A DNA stretch of 32,000 bases from an uncultured Candidatus Saccharibacteria bacterium (GTDB lineage: Bacteria > Patescibacteriota > UBA1384 > XYA2-FULL-43-10 > 1-14-0-10-43-13): NCBI GenBank assembly GCA_964543385.1, contig CAZIYE010000002.1, forward strand, positions 90,001 through 122,000, in the 5' to 3' direction. Positions 15,890 to 23,623 of this stretch are shown piece by piece (position 1 is the stretch's first letter; each line of letters begins with the position of its first letter). Below the pieces are notes generated by a model. That model was given only the letters and a program-made list of their open reading frames with translations, was not told where the DNA came from and made no database searches. Position numbers and translations under genes: made by a program.

Positions 15890-16465
15890 ATGAAAATTTT
15901 ATCCAAAGAAAAATCTCGGGAGATATTAATCAAATTATTATCACTTTTCCAATGCGATCAGTTTGAGAAGATGGATAAATATCTCAATTCAAAGCCATTC
16001 AGATTCTTCAAATTCTATGCAAGCAATTCTTGCGAGCTCCCATTTTTATTTTGGGATGAAAAAGAAGCCAAGAAGATATTTGATTCCGCGATTAGTATTA
16101 GTGGTGCGGTAAAGGATAGTGATGGTGGTGTATACGGTATTGGTAATTATGATTATTTAGATAAATTAGCAAACTTTTTGAAAACACAGGGCTTTGTAAA
16201 TATATACGGCGCTGGTAATTGGGATCCCTTCGGCAATGTTGGTCACAGTGCCATTGGCCTAAATGTTAATGAAATTAGGGGTATTAGCAGACATAACTAC
16301 GATGACATCTATTTCTTTGATGAAAATTTTACCTGGATGCTCGCATTTAATCATCATAGAAACGGATTTTTTGCCGGATCAAAAGAAATGATAGAAGATT
16401 TTTCATATTCAGTGCCCGAATTTCGCAAATACCTCAGAGAAGAATGCTCCTGCTGCGGGCTTTGA
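15890..16465 (+). CDS. Hypothetical protein ending in CSCCGL
   Basis: The ORF track gives 15866-16465 (TTG start). TATAAT at 15878-15883 sits 6 nt before the ATG at 15890, so the mRNA may be leaderless. No family recognised. Confidence 0.55.
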   Translation: MKILSKEKSREILIKLLSLFQCDQFEKMDKYLNSKPFRFFKFYASNSCELPFLFWDEKEAKKIFDSAISISGAVKDSDGGVYGIGNYDYLDKLANFLKTQGFVNIYGAGNWDPFGNVGHSAIGLNVNEIRGISRHNYDDIYFFDENFTWMLAFNHHRNGFFAGSKEMIEDFSYSVPEFRKYLREECSCCGL

Positions 16466-16812
16466 CTTATCCGCTAAGTTGACATTTGACACCCTTTAAT
16501 TGCTTCTGTAGAATTTATGCATGGATACGTTATGGACAAAATTTAGACCCAAACGCAAGTTGCGGGCTAAGTGTGTCTTTGAAGAACTCCAAATAGATAG
16601 GACCCCTCTGGGGCCCTTTTTTGTATCCTGTACACTCACAATCTAACGAAAGGAGGACTCCGGAGAATGGGAGCAATGTTGGTACACGTTTCTGCATTAG
16701 AATATCTCTCAGTGCTCGCTCTTCGGAGATTCTCCGAAGAAGACCTGCGAAGGATTCAAAAAGCAGAGGATTTCGCTACTGAGAAGTTGCAAGGCATATT
16801 GCGGCGTGATGG
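16443..16812 (+). repeat. Perfect 370-bp direct repeat, copy 1 (partner 20231-20600)
   Basis: Identical by eye at an offset of 3788 bp. About 24 further upstream bases match with 3 mismatches. Confidence 0.9.
16486..16514 (+). promoter_or_regulatory. Sigma70-type promoter inside repeat copy 1
   Basis: TTGACA, 17 nt, TAGAAT. Confidence 0.55.
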
Positions 16813-16867
16813 TGCCGCGGTCAATATTGCGAGATTTATCTATACTGCCTTTCAAAATTCGCTGTAA
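16667..16867 (+). pseudogene. Truncated 5' copy of the HD hydrolase gene at 20455
   Basis: The first 48 codons are identical to 20455-20598. The sequence then diverges and stops after 18 unrelated codons. The HD catalytic motif is absent. Confidence 0.65.
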
Positions 16868-16887
16868 ATGCCCTGACCCCCTATAGC

Positions 16888-17229
16888 CTAAGTGCTGTGG
16901 GGGGTCTTGATATTAGTTCTTTTAAAGCTGCCGCGGACAAGTTTAAAAGCCAAGCGTCCGTCCTTGTGCTGCATCGGTGTACCGATTAATTCTCCGCAAT
17001 CACAAGTTAGATTTTTCAGGGTTGATTCGTCATGTTCATTGGAACTATTAAAACTATCGGATATTATCCGGTTTATATAACAACGTTTGAGCCAACCAGG
17101 ACCATCTTTCTGGTATAAAAATATCTTTTTTCCACATTTAGCGCACCTGACGCGGGTAATCTTAGCAGTGCCGCCTCTGGCAGCCAGATATTTATCTCTT
17201 TTGATTTTGAATTGGTGTGACTGTTCCAT
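16888..17229 (-). CDS. Hypothetical zinc-ribbon protein
   Basis: 113-aa basic ORF with CAKCG ... CDCG cysteine pairs. No family recognised and no obvious RBS. Confidence 0.45.
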   Translation of the reverse strand: MEQSHQFKIKRDKYLAARGGTAKITRVRCAKCGKKIFLYQKDGPGWLKRCYINRIISDSFNSSNEHDESTLKNLTCDCGELIGTPMQHKDGRLAFKLVRGSFKRTNIKTPHST

Positions 17230-17283
17230 TATAAAAAATTATTCGAATCATTATTATATCAATAAAGATTTTTTTTCTCAATT

Positions 17284-17373
17284 ATGAGAGAGCAAGATGA
17301 TTCAAAATTCTCATATTCAGTGCCTGAATATCGCAAATACCTCAAAGAAGAATGCTCCTGTTGTGGGCTTTAA
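17284..17373 (+). pseudogene. Relic or mini-ORF of the CSCCGL-tail gene family
   Basis: Hand translation MREQDDSKFSYSVPEYRKYLKEECSCCGL, then stop. Aligns with the last 22 residues of the 15890 gene product. Confidence 0.5.
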
Positions 17374-17405
17374 ATTTTTTAGTTCTGCATTACAGTAAAG
17401 CCAAT

Positions 17406-17434
17406 TTGACAAAACAAATTGCTTAGAATATCAT
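17406..17434 (+). promoter_or_regulatory. Sigma70-type promoter for the 17552 gene
   Basis: TTGACA, 17 nt, TATCAT. Confidence 0.45.
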
Positions 17435-17551
17435 CATATGAAACAAGCTTTATAGAAAGAAAAATATCTCCCAGACAAGTAAAATGTTGTTAGGGGATCA
17501 TCTTTTTATAGGACAAAATATAGAATTTAAAATCCAAGCAAGAATCAAAAA

Positions 17552-18952
17552 ATGAATGCCAATAATCAAAGAGTTGCTATAGCTGGACTTGGACCTCATG
17601 CCAAACGTATCTATATTAGGGTTCTCGCAAATTATGAAATTCAACCAAAATTAGTAATAGATATACAGTCTTCTGAGGAAAGTGTTAGGAAATTTCTAAG
17701 AGAGCATAAAATCAAATGTGATCTATATTTTGTACCGGATAAAAACAAAGATCTTAGGCGTCTTTCCGGAGAAGACAAGAAAAATATTGCACGTCTCCTC
17801 AAAAAAAATAAAATCAATAAAGCAATAATATCTACAGAACCAAAATCTCATGTCGCATATGCGGAATTTTTTTTGAAACAGAAGTTGCCAGTTCTAATGG
17901 ATAAGCCAGTTACGGCCATAAAAAATGCATGTTTCGATGATCGCCTTGCCCAGCAAATCTATAAAGAATATAAGCATCTGAGAGATATGTCTATTCAAAA
18001 TGATGTTCCTCTAGTAATCCAATCTCAGAGGAGATATCACGGTGGATATATCTTTATCAGGGAATTACTTAAAGATACCATATTAAAATATGGTATTCCG
18101 GTTACGCATATGGATATTTATCATTGTGATGGTCAATGGAATATGCCAATAGAATACATTACTAGGGATAATCATCCTTTTAATTATGGGTATGGTAAGG
18201 TTTTACATAGTGGCTATCATTTTGTTGATTTCATGAGTTGGATAGTAGCTCTTAACAATTTATTACCAGACAAAAAGCCGGATTGTTTCGATGCTATTCA
18301 CAAGACAGTTAAACCTCAAGATCAACTCTTTCAACTTAATGAAAGCTATGAAAAACTTTTTGAAAAAGAGTTACCAGGATTGCCAGAGAAAGATTTTTCC
18401 AAAATGGGTGAACTAGATTCTTACTCATTTATGCAATTCAAAAGAGAGGGCAAAGTAGTCACTTCTGTAAATCTGAATATGTTGCACAGTGGATTTTCTC
18501 GACGGGCTAGTTCTGAATTGGCCAAGGATGTTTATAAAGGTAATGGCAGGGTAAGGCATGAGAGAATAAATATCCAGATTGGTCCGATACTCAATATACA
18601 AGTTCATAGTTATCAATCTTATGAAATCAAAGATAGCAGTTATTCAAAGAAAGAGATTGAACCTGGCGGTTTAGACCACTTCGATATTTATATATTCAGG
18701 AATTCTGGTATTATCGGTGGCAAGTCGTTCGAAAAAATTCAGGTCTCCAACCGGAGCCGTATCAATAGGAGAACGCACATGGGCCATAATGAGGAAGCCA
18801 GGGAAAGGTGCACAAAAGATTGGTTACAAGGAAATGAGAGTGAGAATGATGTGTTAAAACACAAGCTCACTAATTTAGTTATGTCTACCCTATATCGCTG
18901 TTCTGCCAAGGAAAATTTAGGCAGATTCCCATATATGGAAGTTAAACTGTAG
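17552..18952 (+). CDS. Gfo/Idh/MocA-like oxidoreductase with a large uncharacterised C-terminal half
   Basis: 466-aa ORF. N-terminal RVAIAGLGPHAKRIY Rossmann start and AIISTEPKSHVAYAEFFLKQKLPVLMDKP, which resembles the family xTPxxxH...EKP block. Confidence 0.55.
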   Translation: MNANNQRVAIAGLGPHAKRIYIRVLANYEIQPKLVIDIQSSEESVRKFLREHKIKCDLYFVPDKNKDLRRLSGEDKKNIARLLKKNKINKAIISTEPKSHVAYAEFFLKQKLPVLMDKPVTAIKNACFDDRLAQQIYKEYKHLRDMSIQNDVPLVIQSQRRYHGGYIFIRELLKDTILKYGIPVTHMDIYHCDGQWNMPIEYITRDNHPFNYGYGKVLHSGYHFVDFMSWIVALNNLLPDKKPDCFDAIHKTVKPQDQLFQLNESYEKLFEKELPGLPEKDFSKMGELDSYSFMQFKREGKVVTSVNLNMLHSGFSRRASSELAKDVYKGNGRVRHERINIQIGPILNIQVHSYQSYEIKDSSYSKKEIEPGGLDHFDIYIFRNSGIIGGKSFEKIQVSNRSRINRRTHMGHNEEARERCTKDWLQGNESENDVLKHKLTNLVMSTLYRCSAKENLGRFPYMEVKL

Positions 18953-18990
18953 TTTGACAATCAAATCCAAGTACGAGGGGGAGCTGAAAG

Positions 18991-19683
18991 ATGCCGGTTA
19001 CTGTGGCGTTTGACGGTTTGAATCGATGCGGTAAAGGCACCCAGGCAGCATTGCTGCAGTCTCGCCTTCGCGAGATGGATGTTTTTTCCGTGATCATCAG
19101 AGGCGACGGTTCGAGGGATGGCTTGGGATTGACACCAGGTGATCCAGAAGACCTCTGGTGGCAAGGCTTCAAAAGCTGTCTAAAGGGCAGCGAAGGGACA
19201 ACGCGCTGGTTCGATAAATGGAATGAAGCAGCGTGTCGCTTAGCGCATGAATTAATTTGCTGGCAGGGAATAACATTCCCTCAAATGCTGAAAGATTCAG
19301 GGCGTAAAAGCGGAGTCTTACTTATCGATCGGAGCATTATTTCCAGAATTATGGTTATGCGGCAAGCCGGAGAGTATAACGGTTTAAACAGCCTGTATAC
19401 TGTCGGAGGCGAGCCACAAGACATTGACTGGGAAGAGGTGCTACCCACAGTGCTGTTCAATTTCCATGTGCCCCAAGAGGTACTTCTGGCACGGTTGGAT
19501 CATGATGATCCAAAGTATCAGTTCCGAAAGGGCATTATCGAACAGCATTTCCAACTCCATGTCTCTGTTTCTAGGGAGCTGCCAGAAGAAATTTTAGGCA
19601 GAACAATCCCTTTGAACGGCGACAATGAGCTTGAGGTTATCCACGAAGAAATATCTGCGGTAGTGGAACCTCTATTGCATTAG
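18991..19683 (+). CDS. P-loop nucleoside/nucleotide kinase, thymidylate-kinase-like
   Basis: 230-aa ORF. VAFDGLNRCGKGTQAALL resembles the Tmk FEGxDGxGKxTQ P-loop, and LIDRS resembles the DRY/DRS motif. GGGGGAG RBS. G+C-rich (34/60 at 19021-19080 by hand count). Confidence 0.55.
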   Translation: MPVTVAFDGLNRCGKGTQAALLQSRLREMDVFSVIIRGDGSRDGLGLTPGDPEDLWWQGFKSCLKGSEGTTRWFDKWNEAACRLAHELICWQGITFPQMLKDSGRKSGVLLIDRSIISRIMVMRQAGEYNGLNSLYTVGGEPQDIDWEEVLPTVLFNFHVPQEVLLARLDHDDPKYQFRKGIIEQHFQLHVSVSRELPEEILGRTIPLNGDNELEVIHEEISAVVEPLLH

Positions 19684-19693
19684 TGCGGGCAGA

Positions 19694-19716
19694 GTGTGGG
19701 GCAGGACGCCCCACAC
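19694..19716 (+). other. GC-rich hairpin between the kinase and Nudix genes
   Basis: GTGTGGGGC-AGGAC-GCCCCACAC, perfect 9-bp stem. It is followed by CATAATTTG, a weak U tract. Confidence 0.4.
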
Positions 19717-19746
19717 CATAATTTGAAAAAGTAATAAAAGGAGTAT

Positions 19747-20175
19747 ATGAGGCACAGTTTTGATTCAGTGAATGTCAGTACAATAATTTTTAATAGAAAA
19801 GGACAGGTTCTTTTGGGAAAAAGAAGTATGGACGAGGATGTATATCCCGGACTTTGGTGTGTGCCTGGAGGCAAGATAGATGTGGAAGCCTGTGAAGGTG
19901 AAATTATCGAGAACAATTTAAAAAGAGAGGTGAAGGAAGAGATAGGGATAGAGATAGAACCTCTCTTTTATCTTGCTAGCAATTGTCTTATAAAAGGAGA
20001 CGAGGCAAAATTATATCTGATGTTTGTATCAGAGCATGTTGCCGGTGAGCCATTTGCACTTGACGGTACCGAAGAAGTTAAATGGTTTGAAATCGATGAA
20101 CTAACACCAGAAATGCTAACGCCTAAAACCTATGACAATATTCAAAAAGCGAGTGACAAAAGAATATCTCTCTAA
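19747..20175 (+). CDS. Nudix hydrolase
   Basis: 142-aa ORF. Nudix box core NLKREVKEEIGIE with an expanded loop before it (GGKIDVEACEGE). AAGGAG RBS. Confidence 0.8.
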   Translation: MRHSFDSVNVSTIIFNRKGQVLLGKRSMDEDVYPGLWCVPGGKIDVEACEGEIIENNLKREVKEEIGIEIEPLFYLASNCLIKGDEAKLYLMFVSEHVAGEPFALDGTEEVKWFEIDELTPEMLTPKTYDNIQKASDKRISL

Positions 20176-20206
20176 AAATATCTAGACAATTTCGAAATCT
20201 TAATTT

Positions 20207-20253
20207 ATTTCCGCAAATATCTCAGAGAAAAATGCTCCTGCTGCGGGCTTTGA
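20207..20253 (+). pseudogene. Relic of the CSCCGL-tail 3' end
   Basis: Encodes ...YFRKYLREKCSCCGL then stop, with no start codon. The frame is continuous with the Nudix ORF across its TAA. Confidence 0.45.
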
Positions 20254-20600
20254 CTTATCCGCTAAGTTGACATTTGACACCCTTTAATTGCTTCTGTAGA
20301 ATTTATGCATGGATACGTTATGGACAAAATTTAGACCCAAACGCAAGTTGCGGGCTAAGTGTGTCTTTGAAGAACTCCAAATAGATAGGACCCCTCTGGG
20401 GCCCTTTTTTGTATCCTGTACACTCACAATCTAACGAAAGGAGGACTCCGGAGAATGGGAGCAATGTTGGTACACGTTTCTGCATTAGAATATCTCTCAG
20501 TGCTCGCTCTTCGGAGATTCTCCGAAGAAGACCTGCGAAGGATTCAAAAAGCAGAGGATTTCGCTACTGAGAAGTTGCAAGGCATATTGCGGCGTGATGG
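20231..20600 (+). repeat. Perfect 370-bp direct repeat, copy 2 (partner 16443-16812)
   Basis: See copy 1. Confidence 0.9.
20274..20302 (+). promoter_or_regulatory. Sigma70-type promoter of the HD hydrolase gene (inside repeat copy 2)
   Basis: TTGACA, 17 nt, TAGAAT, about 150 nt upstream of the ATG at 20455. Confidence 0.55.
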
Positions 20601-21090
20601 CACACCAGCCATTGAGCACTCAAGAGCACTTGCACTCAAAGCATGCGAGCTAAAACTGTCAGCAAACGCTATAGCGATTGCCTGGTTGCACGATGTGTTG
20701 GAGGACAACCTCAATGTCACATCGTGGGACCTGTACTGTTTGTTTGGAGTCGTCCATGGGGCGATCATCACCAACGGCGTAATAGCCTTGACACAATGCG
20801 ACTGGATGTCTGACGAAGTGTACTTCAATAGGATCGAAGTTGCATCCTCAGTCAACTGGGAGATTGTAGTCGTCAAATTAATTGATCGCTGGCATTTCCA
20901 TTCGGACTTTTACAACGGTCCGGAGAAGAAAGAGCTAGCCAAGATTGACCAGACACAGAAGATCTTCCAGCAGACTATCAGAAACTGTGAAGTATTAGTT
21001 CCGGAAGATTTCCGGTCGACATACAATCAGTTGCTGGATGAAGTACTGGAGCTTGCAGAAATCCGGCAAGCTGAACTAATGGCCGCATAG
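20455..21090 (+). CDS. RelA/SpoT-type HD-domain hydrolase (small alarmone hydrolase-like)
   Basis: 211-aa ORF. RRDGTPAIEHSRALAL...AIAIAWLHDVLEDN...LFGVVHGAIITNGVIALTQ parallels the SpoT/Mesh1 hydrolase block (R..G.PYI.HP..VA....AALLHDVVED....FG..V..LV.GVTK). AGGAGG RBS. Confidence 0.6.
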   Translation: MGAMLVHVSALEYLSVLALRRFSEEDLRRIQKAEDFATEKLQGILRRDGTPAIEHSRALALKACELKLSANAIAIAWLHDVLEDNLNVTSWDLYCLFGVVHGAIITNGVIALTQCDWMSDEVYFNRIEVASSVNWEIVVVKLIDRWHFHSDFYNGPEKKELAKIDQTQKIFQQTIRNCEVLVPEDFRSTYNQLLDEVLELAEIRQAELMAA

Positions 21091-21127
21091 GCTCTGTCCA
21101 CGATGGACCGAGCCTATTGCATTTTTA
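21090..21127 (+). terminator. Intrinsic terminator after the HD hydrolase gene
   Basis: GGCTC-T-GTCCA-CGA-TGGAC-C-GAGCC, then TATTGCATTTTTAT. Confidence 0.55.
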
Positions 21128-21165
21128 TATTAGAAAAATTAATCAAGTTATGCTATAAAAATAAT

Positions 21166-23337
21166 ATGAAAGAAATTGCAAAAGCCTACGACCATCAACA
21201 ATTTGAAGAACCCATCTATAAGCACTGGGAAGACTCTGGTTATTTTAAGCCTGAAATAAATATGGGCAAAAAGCCAGAATATGACAGAGAAATTGACGGT
21301 AAGCCTTTTGTTATCTCTATGCCACCGCCGAATGTAACAGGTAAGTTACATGTTGGCCACTCGTTGTTTATTACATTGCAAGATATAATGATCCGATATC
21401 ATCGCTTGAAAGGCGAACCAACTCTTTGGCTGCCAGGAACAGATCATGCAGGTATTGCCACTCAAACTGTAGTCGATAAAATGCTTAAGAAACAAGGAAT
21501 CGACAAGCGAGAGCTTGGCCGTGAAAAATTCATTGAAGAAGTGTGGAAATGGAAAGAAGAGTACGGAGGTACTATTACTAGACAACTCCGTCGTATGGGC
21601 GCTTCTTGTGACTGGTCAAGAGAGAGATTTACGCTTGATGAAGGCCTTAGTTTCGCTGTTCGTAAAGCCTTTGTTGATCTCTATAAAAAAGAGCTGATAT
21701 ATCAGGGGCTTAGAGTTGTGAACTGGTGTCCTCGTTGTCGTACAGCTATTGCTGATGATGAAGTCGAATATCAAGAACAGAAATCAAAATTATATTGGAT
21801 CAAATATGGTCCCTTTGTATTGGCGACTACTCGTCCTGAAACTAAATTAGGTGATACTGCAGTTGCGGTCAATCCAAAAGATAAAAGATACCTTGATATG
21901 GTTGGCAAAAAGTATATGATTCCGGGAGTTTTAGGTGAATTTGAGGTCATAGTGGTTGCTGACAATGCGGTTGATCCCGCGTTTGGTAGTGGTGCGGTAA
22001 AAGTCACTCCCGCACATAGCTTCGCGGACTACGAAATTGCTCAACGTCATAACCTTTCAATGAAGCAGATAATCGATGAAAATGGTCGTATGATGGCTAA
22101 TACTGGTAAATATGCCGGAATGAAGACCTCTGAGGCCAGAGAAGCCATAGTGGCGGACATGGACAAGCTGGGATTAATTGATCATGTAGACGAATATGAT
22201 AACAGTCTTCCGACTTGCTATCGTTGTGGAGGAACTATCGAGCCGATTCCATCGAAGCAATGGTTTGTTAAGATGAAAGATCTTGCCAATAGGGCAAAGA
22301 AAGTTGTTGAAGATGGAAAAATGGATATAATTCCTGATCGTTTCAAAAAGTTGTATATCCAATGGATGGAAAATATTCGCGACTGGTGCGTGTCTCGTCA
22401 AATTTGGTGGGGTCATCAGATCCCAGTTTGGTATAGGGGTGATGAGATCTATTGCGGCATGGAAGCTCCCGATGGTAAGGATTGGAAACAGGATCAAGAT
22501 GTGCTCGATACTTGGTTTTCCTCTGCCTTGTGGCCTTTTTCAACCCTTGGTTGGCCAGGGGAGACAAAGGACTACAACTATTTTTATTCCACAACAGTAA
22601 TGGAAACTGGTTATGATATTTTGCCTTTCTGGGTAGCTAGAATGGCTACTTTTGGTCTCGAATTTACCGGCAAGGTACCTTTTGAAACTGTTTATTTTCA
22701 CGGCCTAGTTCGCGATGAAAAGAATAGGAAAATGAGCAAATCTCTTGGCAATGTTTTAGACCCTCTCGATATTATTCCAAAATATGGCACGGATGCTCTT
22801 AGGATGGCGCTTGTAGTCGGTTCAGCTCCTGGTCAAGATTTAGCAGTAGGGGAGTCAAAGATTAAGGGCTATCGTAATTTCTCTAATAAAATATGGAACG
22901 CTTCCCGGTTTGTTCTGCTGCAAGTTTCAAATGGGGATTTAAGAACCGGTGAAATTGGTGCAGCAAGGTTAGATAGTTTAGACATAAACAAAGCAACTCT
23001 AACTAATCAAGACAAAGCTATACTAAAGGATTTAGAAAATGTTAAAAAGTCCGTCACGGAGAAATTAGACAAGTTCAGATTCTCTCAAGCAGGAGAGGAA
23101 TTGTATGAATTTTTCTGGCATACATTTTGTGACATCTATATAGAAAAAGCAAAAGAACAAATTGCAGATGAGAAGTTCAAGGATAATACTAAAAAAATAT
23201 TGATAAAAATCCTCTCTGAATCCCTAATCCTTCTTCATCCTTTTGTGCCTTTCGTCACTGAGGCTGTATGGCAGGAGCTTCGGAAGGTATATCCAGATCT
23301 CTCCAAATCCATCATGATTTCAAGATGGCCTCTATAA
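21166..23337 (+). CDS. valS: Valyl-tRNA synthetase
   Basis: PPPNVTGKLHVGH (HIGH), GTDHAGIATQ, KMSKS. The start was moved from 21103 to the ATG at 21166 because 21103 overlaps the upstream terminator. Confidence 0.9.
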   Translation: MKEIAKAYDHQQFEEPIYKHWEDSGYFKPEINMGKKPEYDREIDGKPFVISMPPPNVTGKLHVGHSLFITLQDIMIRYHRLKGEPTLWLPGTDHAGIATQTVVDKMLKKQGIDKRELGREKFIEEVWKWKEEYGGTITRQLRRMGASCDWSRERFTLDEGLSFAVRKAFVDLYKKELIYQGLRVVNWCPRCRTAIADDEVEYQEQKSKLYWIKYGPFVLATTRPETKLGDTAVAVNPKDKRYLDMVGKKYMIPGVLGEFEVIVVADNAVDPAFGSGAVKVTPAHSFADYEIAQRHNLSMKQIIDENGRMMANTGKYAGMKTSEAREAIVADMDKLGLIDHVDEYDNSLPTCYRCGGTIEPIPSKQWFVKMKDLANRAKKVVEDGKMDIIPDRFKKLYIQWMENIRDWCVSRQIWWGHQIPVWYRGDEIYCGMEAPDGKDWKQDQDVLDTWFSSALWPFSTLGWPGETKDYNYFYSTTVMETGYDILPFWVARMATFGLEFTGKVPFETVYFHGLVRDEKNRKMSKSLGNVLDPLDIIPKYGTDALRMALVVGSAPGQDLAVGESKIKGYRNFSNKIWNASRFVLLQVSNGDLRTGEIGAARLDSLDINKATLTNQDKAILKDLENVKKSVTEKLDKFRFSQAGEELYEFFWHTFCDIYIEKAKEQIADEKFKDNTKKILIKILSESLILLHPFVPFVTEAVWQELRKVYPDLSKSIMISRWPL

Positions 23338-23623
23338 ACAGTCTTTAGTAGTAGTCAGCTGTTTGTCGATTAAATAATTTCTATTTGGTCTTTTCTATAT
23401 TGTTTTAGTTGTCATATTCTAGGATTATTTTGTTAAATATCATTAATCAACATTATTGCCACAAATGGTTGGATTTTTAGCAAAAACAAGTAGTAAACAG
23501 CATAAAAAAGAACAGATAGCTCAAAAAAGAAGGCAAAGATTTCGAGCTAAGCTTTGGCAGCACAGTAATAAATATGTTGACATGTGGTTTAAAAAAATTA
23601 AAAGTTTTTTTAACAGGAGATAG

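Noticed and set aside
18942-19172. Minus-strand ORFs 18942-19172 and 18961-19164.
   Set aside because: They are antisense to the G+C-rich kinase gene. High G+C keeps the frames open. They have no RBS, whereas the sense gene has GGGGGAG correctly spaced.
16419-20600. The repeat-bracketed island considered as a classical IS, transposon or integrative element.
   Set aside because: No transposase, integrase or recombinase ORF is present, there are no terminal inverted repeats, and there is no short target-site duplication. The 370-bp direct repeats are homologous host sequence, which points to homologous recombination or to an assembly artefact instead.
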